Shown one piece after another: positions 60,893 through 64,000 of a stretch of DNA of 64,000 nt (its first letter is position 1; every line of letters begins with the position of its first letter). The notes under the pieces are model-generated. The model made no database searches. It was not told the DNA's origin and saw only the letters and a program-made list of their open reading frames with translations. The stretch is from Spirochaetia bacterium (GTDB lineage Bacteria > Spirochaetota > Spirochaetia > CAKZLE01): contig JAIPFY010000003.1 of NCBI GenBank assembly GCA_021736385.1, positions 9,828 through 73,827 on the forward strand. The letters run 5' to 3'. The position numbers were made by a program, and so were the translations under genes.

Positions 60893-63184
60893 ATGAAAAA
60901 GATAATACTAGCCACCTGTATATTATGTGTAGTTTCACTCTGTGTGTTATCGGCTCAAACATTTGAGACCGATGGGCTTGCTCTACAGGCAGTACCGTCA
61001 CAGACCGAGGGCTCTATCAGTTCCGTAGAGAGAGGGTTCCTGAGGCTGGGGCTGCAGGAGACTGCCGGTCTCAAGCAGTTCGGGTACGATATGCTGAACG
61101 CCATGGTACCGAGTCGCTCATCCATCGTGAACGATGACTATGTACTGGGACCAGGGGATGATCTGAGGATCTATCTCTGGGGGGATTCCGTTGATTTTGG
61201 TACCCTGAAAGGGTACTACGAAGCGACTGTCGACCTTGATGGCGGACTGTATATAACCCCTGCCGGACGGCTTGCCGCCTACGGGCGTACGATCAAAGAT
61301 GTCAACAGGACGCTCACTGAGATCCTGAACTTCAAGTACAGCAATATCACCGTCGAGGTAGCTCCTGCCAGGATACGCGACTTTCCGGTCTATGTGAGCG
61401 GGTTCGTCAAGAATCCCGGGACCGTATCGGTCAACGGGCTGTGGTCTGTTGCTGATGTCCTCGGGGTCTCCGGTGGGATCGTCCCTGAAGGGTCCTTGAG
61501 GGATATACAAGTATGGAGAGGCGGTGAGCAGATAGCCATCGATCTCTATGATCTGTTCATCAGGGGGATCCCGGTGAGTCTCACCATGCAGGAGGGCGAT
61601 GTGATCTACGTCCCGCCTGTCTCAAAGTCTGTTGCGATCACTGGACAGGTCAAGCGGGAAGGGATCTATGAGATGACTAGAGGCGAGACTGTGGGGGATC
61701 TGCTGACCTATGCCGGGGGCCTGCAGGTAGCAGGTGCTGCATATACCGTGCGGATCGTCACACAGGACGGCACCAGTGTCATGGTCTCTGAGGCTTCGTC
61801 GAACATCCAGGATATCACCAGCAGGATCGTGCATGATGGGGATCTGATCCTCCTTACCCCGAGCAACGTCTTCTCGTCGAATATCGTTGAAGTTGCCGGA
61901 GCGGTGCATTATCCCGGAATCTACAATGTAGAGAAGACTCCGATGCTATCGGGGCTCATCGAGCGGGTAGAACTTCGTTATGATGCTGATATGGCCTTCG
62001 GGACGATCTTCCGTGATGATTCACGAGACGAGGATTCGGGTATCGTCTTCTCTCCCGGAGAGATCGCGGCAGGGACTGCGGATGTTGAACTGCTTCCCAA
62101 CGATGTCATCCAGTTCTATACGGTCGAGCGGACCTACACTCAGGATCCGATACGGGTGACAGGGTTGGTAGAACGACCTGAGGTGATCAGCTATGAGCAG
62201 GGGATGATGCTTCTGGATCTTCTGCAGCATGTGACCTTCACCCGGGACATCTCGACTCTCCAGCTGCGCCTCATACGGGATCAGGAGGTCCTTGAGCAGA
62301 TCTATCTGCGTGATCTGCTGATCAAGGGTGATACCAGCAAGAATATCAGCTTACGTCCGGGGGACATGGCAGCAGTGGTGGAGAACGAGGATTCAGAGAA
62401 CCTCAAAGGGGTCAGAGTGCTCGGACAAGTCACGAGGCCCGGTGTCTACTCCTTTGAAGGGGATCTTCACCTCTCCGATGTACTCACTGCGGCCGGGGGC
62501 TATGCGGAACAGGCCTATCCTCAGGCACTCTATCTGATCAGGGAGTCCGTCAAGACCCGGCAGCTCGAACAGCTGAAGAAGACTATAACGGTCACCGCAA
62601 GTGAGCTCAATGCATTGGAGGCGTCGGTCGCGGTTAAGACCGATCTCTCCTCTGCAGAGAAGAACATCATCGCTGCCCAGATCGAACAGCAGCGTTCTCT
62701 GCTTGAGTCAGCAGCAGAGAACCAGGGAGAGACCCTGGGTCGAATCGCCCTGAACATCCCTGCAACGATCGAGTCCCTCAAAGGGAGCACTGCTGACATC
62801 CTTCTGAGTGAGGGTGATCATATCTATATACCCGAACGTTCTGAGTATGTGACGATCATCGGGGATATCGACTCTACGATCGCTCTGCCCTATGAGAAGA
62901 ACAAGAAGGTCAAAGACTACCTGTTCGAACTCGGAGGTCTGCGGTCGAAGGATTATACGATCTCGATCATGAAGTATAACGGGAAGGTGGTGAAAGAAGA
63001 TAACCTCTTCTTTGGTTGGAGTACGATCGAGGGACAGACCCTTGCCCCCGGCGATGTGATCATCGCTGTGAAGAAGATCTCCATACCGGCCGGGACCCAA
63101 CTGGTGGAAGGGCTGACACAGGTCACTGACTCCGTCTACAAAGTGGTCTACTCACTCAATGCGCTTGATTTCTTCGGGAACTGA
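60893..63184 (+). CDS. SLBB-domain polysaccharide export protein (Wza/KpsD-like)
   Basis: Signal peptide, FGYDM, YVLGPGDDL Poly_export motif, repeated V.V.G.V..PG SLBB units, L.PGD motifs. Confidence 0.88.
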   Translation: MKKIILATCILCVVSLCVLSAQTFETDGLALQAVPSQTEGSISSVERGFLRLGLQETAGLKQFGYDMLNAMVPSRSSIVNDDYVLGPGDDLRIYLWGDSVDFGTLKGYYEATVDLDGGLYITPAGRLAAYGRTIKDVNRTLTEILNFKYSNITVEVAPARIRDFPVYVSGFVKNPGTVSVNGLWSVADVLGVSGGIVPEGSLRDIQVWRGGEQIAIDLYDLFIRGIPVSLTMQEGDVIYVPPVSKSVAITGQVKREGIYEMTRGETVGDLLTYAGGLQVAGAAYTVRIVTQDGTSVMVSEASSNIQDITSRIVHDGDLILLTPSNVFSSNIVEVAGAVHYPGIYNVEKTPMLSGLIERVELRYDADMAFGTIFRDDSRDEDSGIVFSPGEIAAGTADVELLPNDVIQFYTVERTYTQDPIRVTGLVERPEVISYEQGMMLLDLLQHVTFTRDISTLQLRLIRDQEVLEQIYLRDLLIKGDTSKNISLRPGDMAAVVENEDSENLKGVRVLGQVTRPGVYSFEGDLHLSDVLTAAGGYAEQAYPQALYLIRESVKTRQLEQLKKTITVTASELNALEASVAVKTDLSSAEKNIIAAQIEQQRSLLESAAENQGETLGRIALNIPATIESLKGSTADILLSEGDHIYIPERSEYVTIIGDIDSTIALPYEKNKKVKDYLFELGGLRSKDYTISIMKYNGKVVKEDNLFFGWSTIEGQTLAPGDVIIAVKKISIPAGTQLVEGLTQVTDSVYKVVYSLNALDFFGN

Positions 63185-63975
63185 GAGCTGATCTCCGACA
63201 GGATCATCTGTGTACAGGCTGCAGCATAGACGGCTGCAGTCTCTGCACGAAGGATGTTCGTTTTGAGAAAAGCCGGTGTGAAGCCGGCTTTTTTCAGGTC
63301 TGCTACCTCGGCATCCGAGAATCCACCTTCAGGACCTATCAGCAGTGATACCGGGAACTCCCCCCTCCCGACCGAACTCTGATGCTGCACGATGCACTGC
63401 TGCAGGCTGAGAGAGTTCAGCGGTTCCTGATGAAAGAAGATCCCGAGTCGAGACCGGTCCCAGTCCCTGATCAGCTCCCCCAGGGAGATCGGCCGGGCAA
63501 TGGCTGTCATGACAGATGAACCACACTGCTGAAGGGCCTCATCACGGATCACTTCCCATCGGGAGATCTTGTTCATGGGGTCCTTCGTGAGGAAGTCAGG
63601 AACCGAAAAGGCACTCTGAACAGGAGTGAAGGTGTGTATGCCGATCTCTACGCTCTGTCTGATGAGCGTATCGAGCTTCTTCCCTTTGAGCACACACTGA
63701 AACAGATGGATCTCGGGGAGCTGTTCTACCGATGGCAGGGGATTCGATCCGGTCGTTCGAGACAGCTGCTGCTCCCTGACCGATACTCGGCAGCTCCGGT
63801 TCCTGTGGTCGATCTGTTCGATCATCAGATCCCAGAGTCGGCCCTGAGCATCCCGGCCGGGAAAGCATGCCCCTTCGCTGAATCGGAGTACCCGTATGAG
63901 ATAACGATAATCCTTACCGGTAAGTTCGCACTCACGATCTCCGGTGAAGGAAGCGGGGAGAAGGAAGACTCTCAT
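63148..63975 (-). CDS. rsmE: 16S rRNA m3U1498 methyltransferase
   Basis: YLIRVLR, LFQCVLKGKK, QSVEIG, EALQQCG, LLIGPEGGFSDAE, ILRAETA. Confidence 0.96.
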   Translation of the reverse strand: MRVFLLPASFTGDRECELTGKDYRYLIRVLRFSEGACFPGRDAQGRLWDLMIEQIDHRNRSCRVSVREQQLSRTTGSNPLPSVEQLPEIHLFQCVLKGKKLDTLIRQSVEIGIHTFTPVQSAFSVPDFLTKDPMNKISRWEVIRDEALQQCGSSVMTAIARPISLGELIRDWDRSRLGIFFHQEPLNSLSLQQCIVQHQSSVGRGEFPVSLLIGPEGGFSDAEVADLKKAGFTPAFLKTNILRAETAAVYAAACTQMILSEISSQFPKKSSALSE

Positions 63976-64000
63976 GATCTATGCTCCTGCTAAGACAGCA

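Overview
Chromosomal origin region of a bacterium, most likely a spirochaete. The taxonomy is inferred from the gene order parB-parA ... gyrA-gyrB <> dnaA-dnaN-recF-DUF721-rpmH-rnpA-yidC-jag, which resembles Borrelia/Treponema, and from GyrB PLWGKMLN, MurA with Asp at the catalytic Cys position, and tRNA-Arg(GCG). Housekeeping content includes deoC, a five-tRNA cluster plus SRP RNA before dnaX-ybaB-recR, radA, metK, murA and rsmE. oriC (DnaA boxes plus DnaA-trios) lies between dnaA and dnaN. Accessory content: (1) a tightly coupled 8-gene B12-dependent glutamate mutase/methylaspartate operon ending in DUF1446, DUF4387 and an unexplained P-loop + tRNA-synthetase-SAD-like protein; (2) a NUDIX fusion / Zn-ribbon membrane protein / HxxxDG acyltransferase / Zn-ribbon membrane protein operon; (3) a GT2-acyltransferase-TPR-like operon; (4) an HTH-less sigma-54 activator paired with a pseudo-receiver winged-helix protein, divergent from an SLBB polysaccharide-export gene. 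The most striking non-coding structures are a ~3 kb region with no recognisable gene, bounded on each side by a perfect parS palindrome and an inward-facing terminator, and 11-bp-period DnaA-box arrays on both sides of oriC. No CRISPR array, rRNA or recognisable mobile element was seen. All product calls are from motif recognition by eye; no database searches were run.
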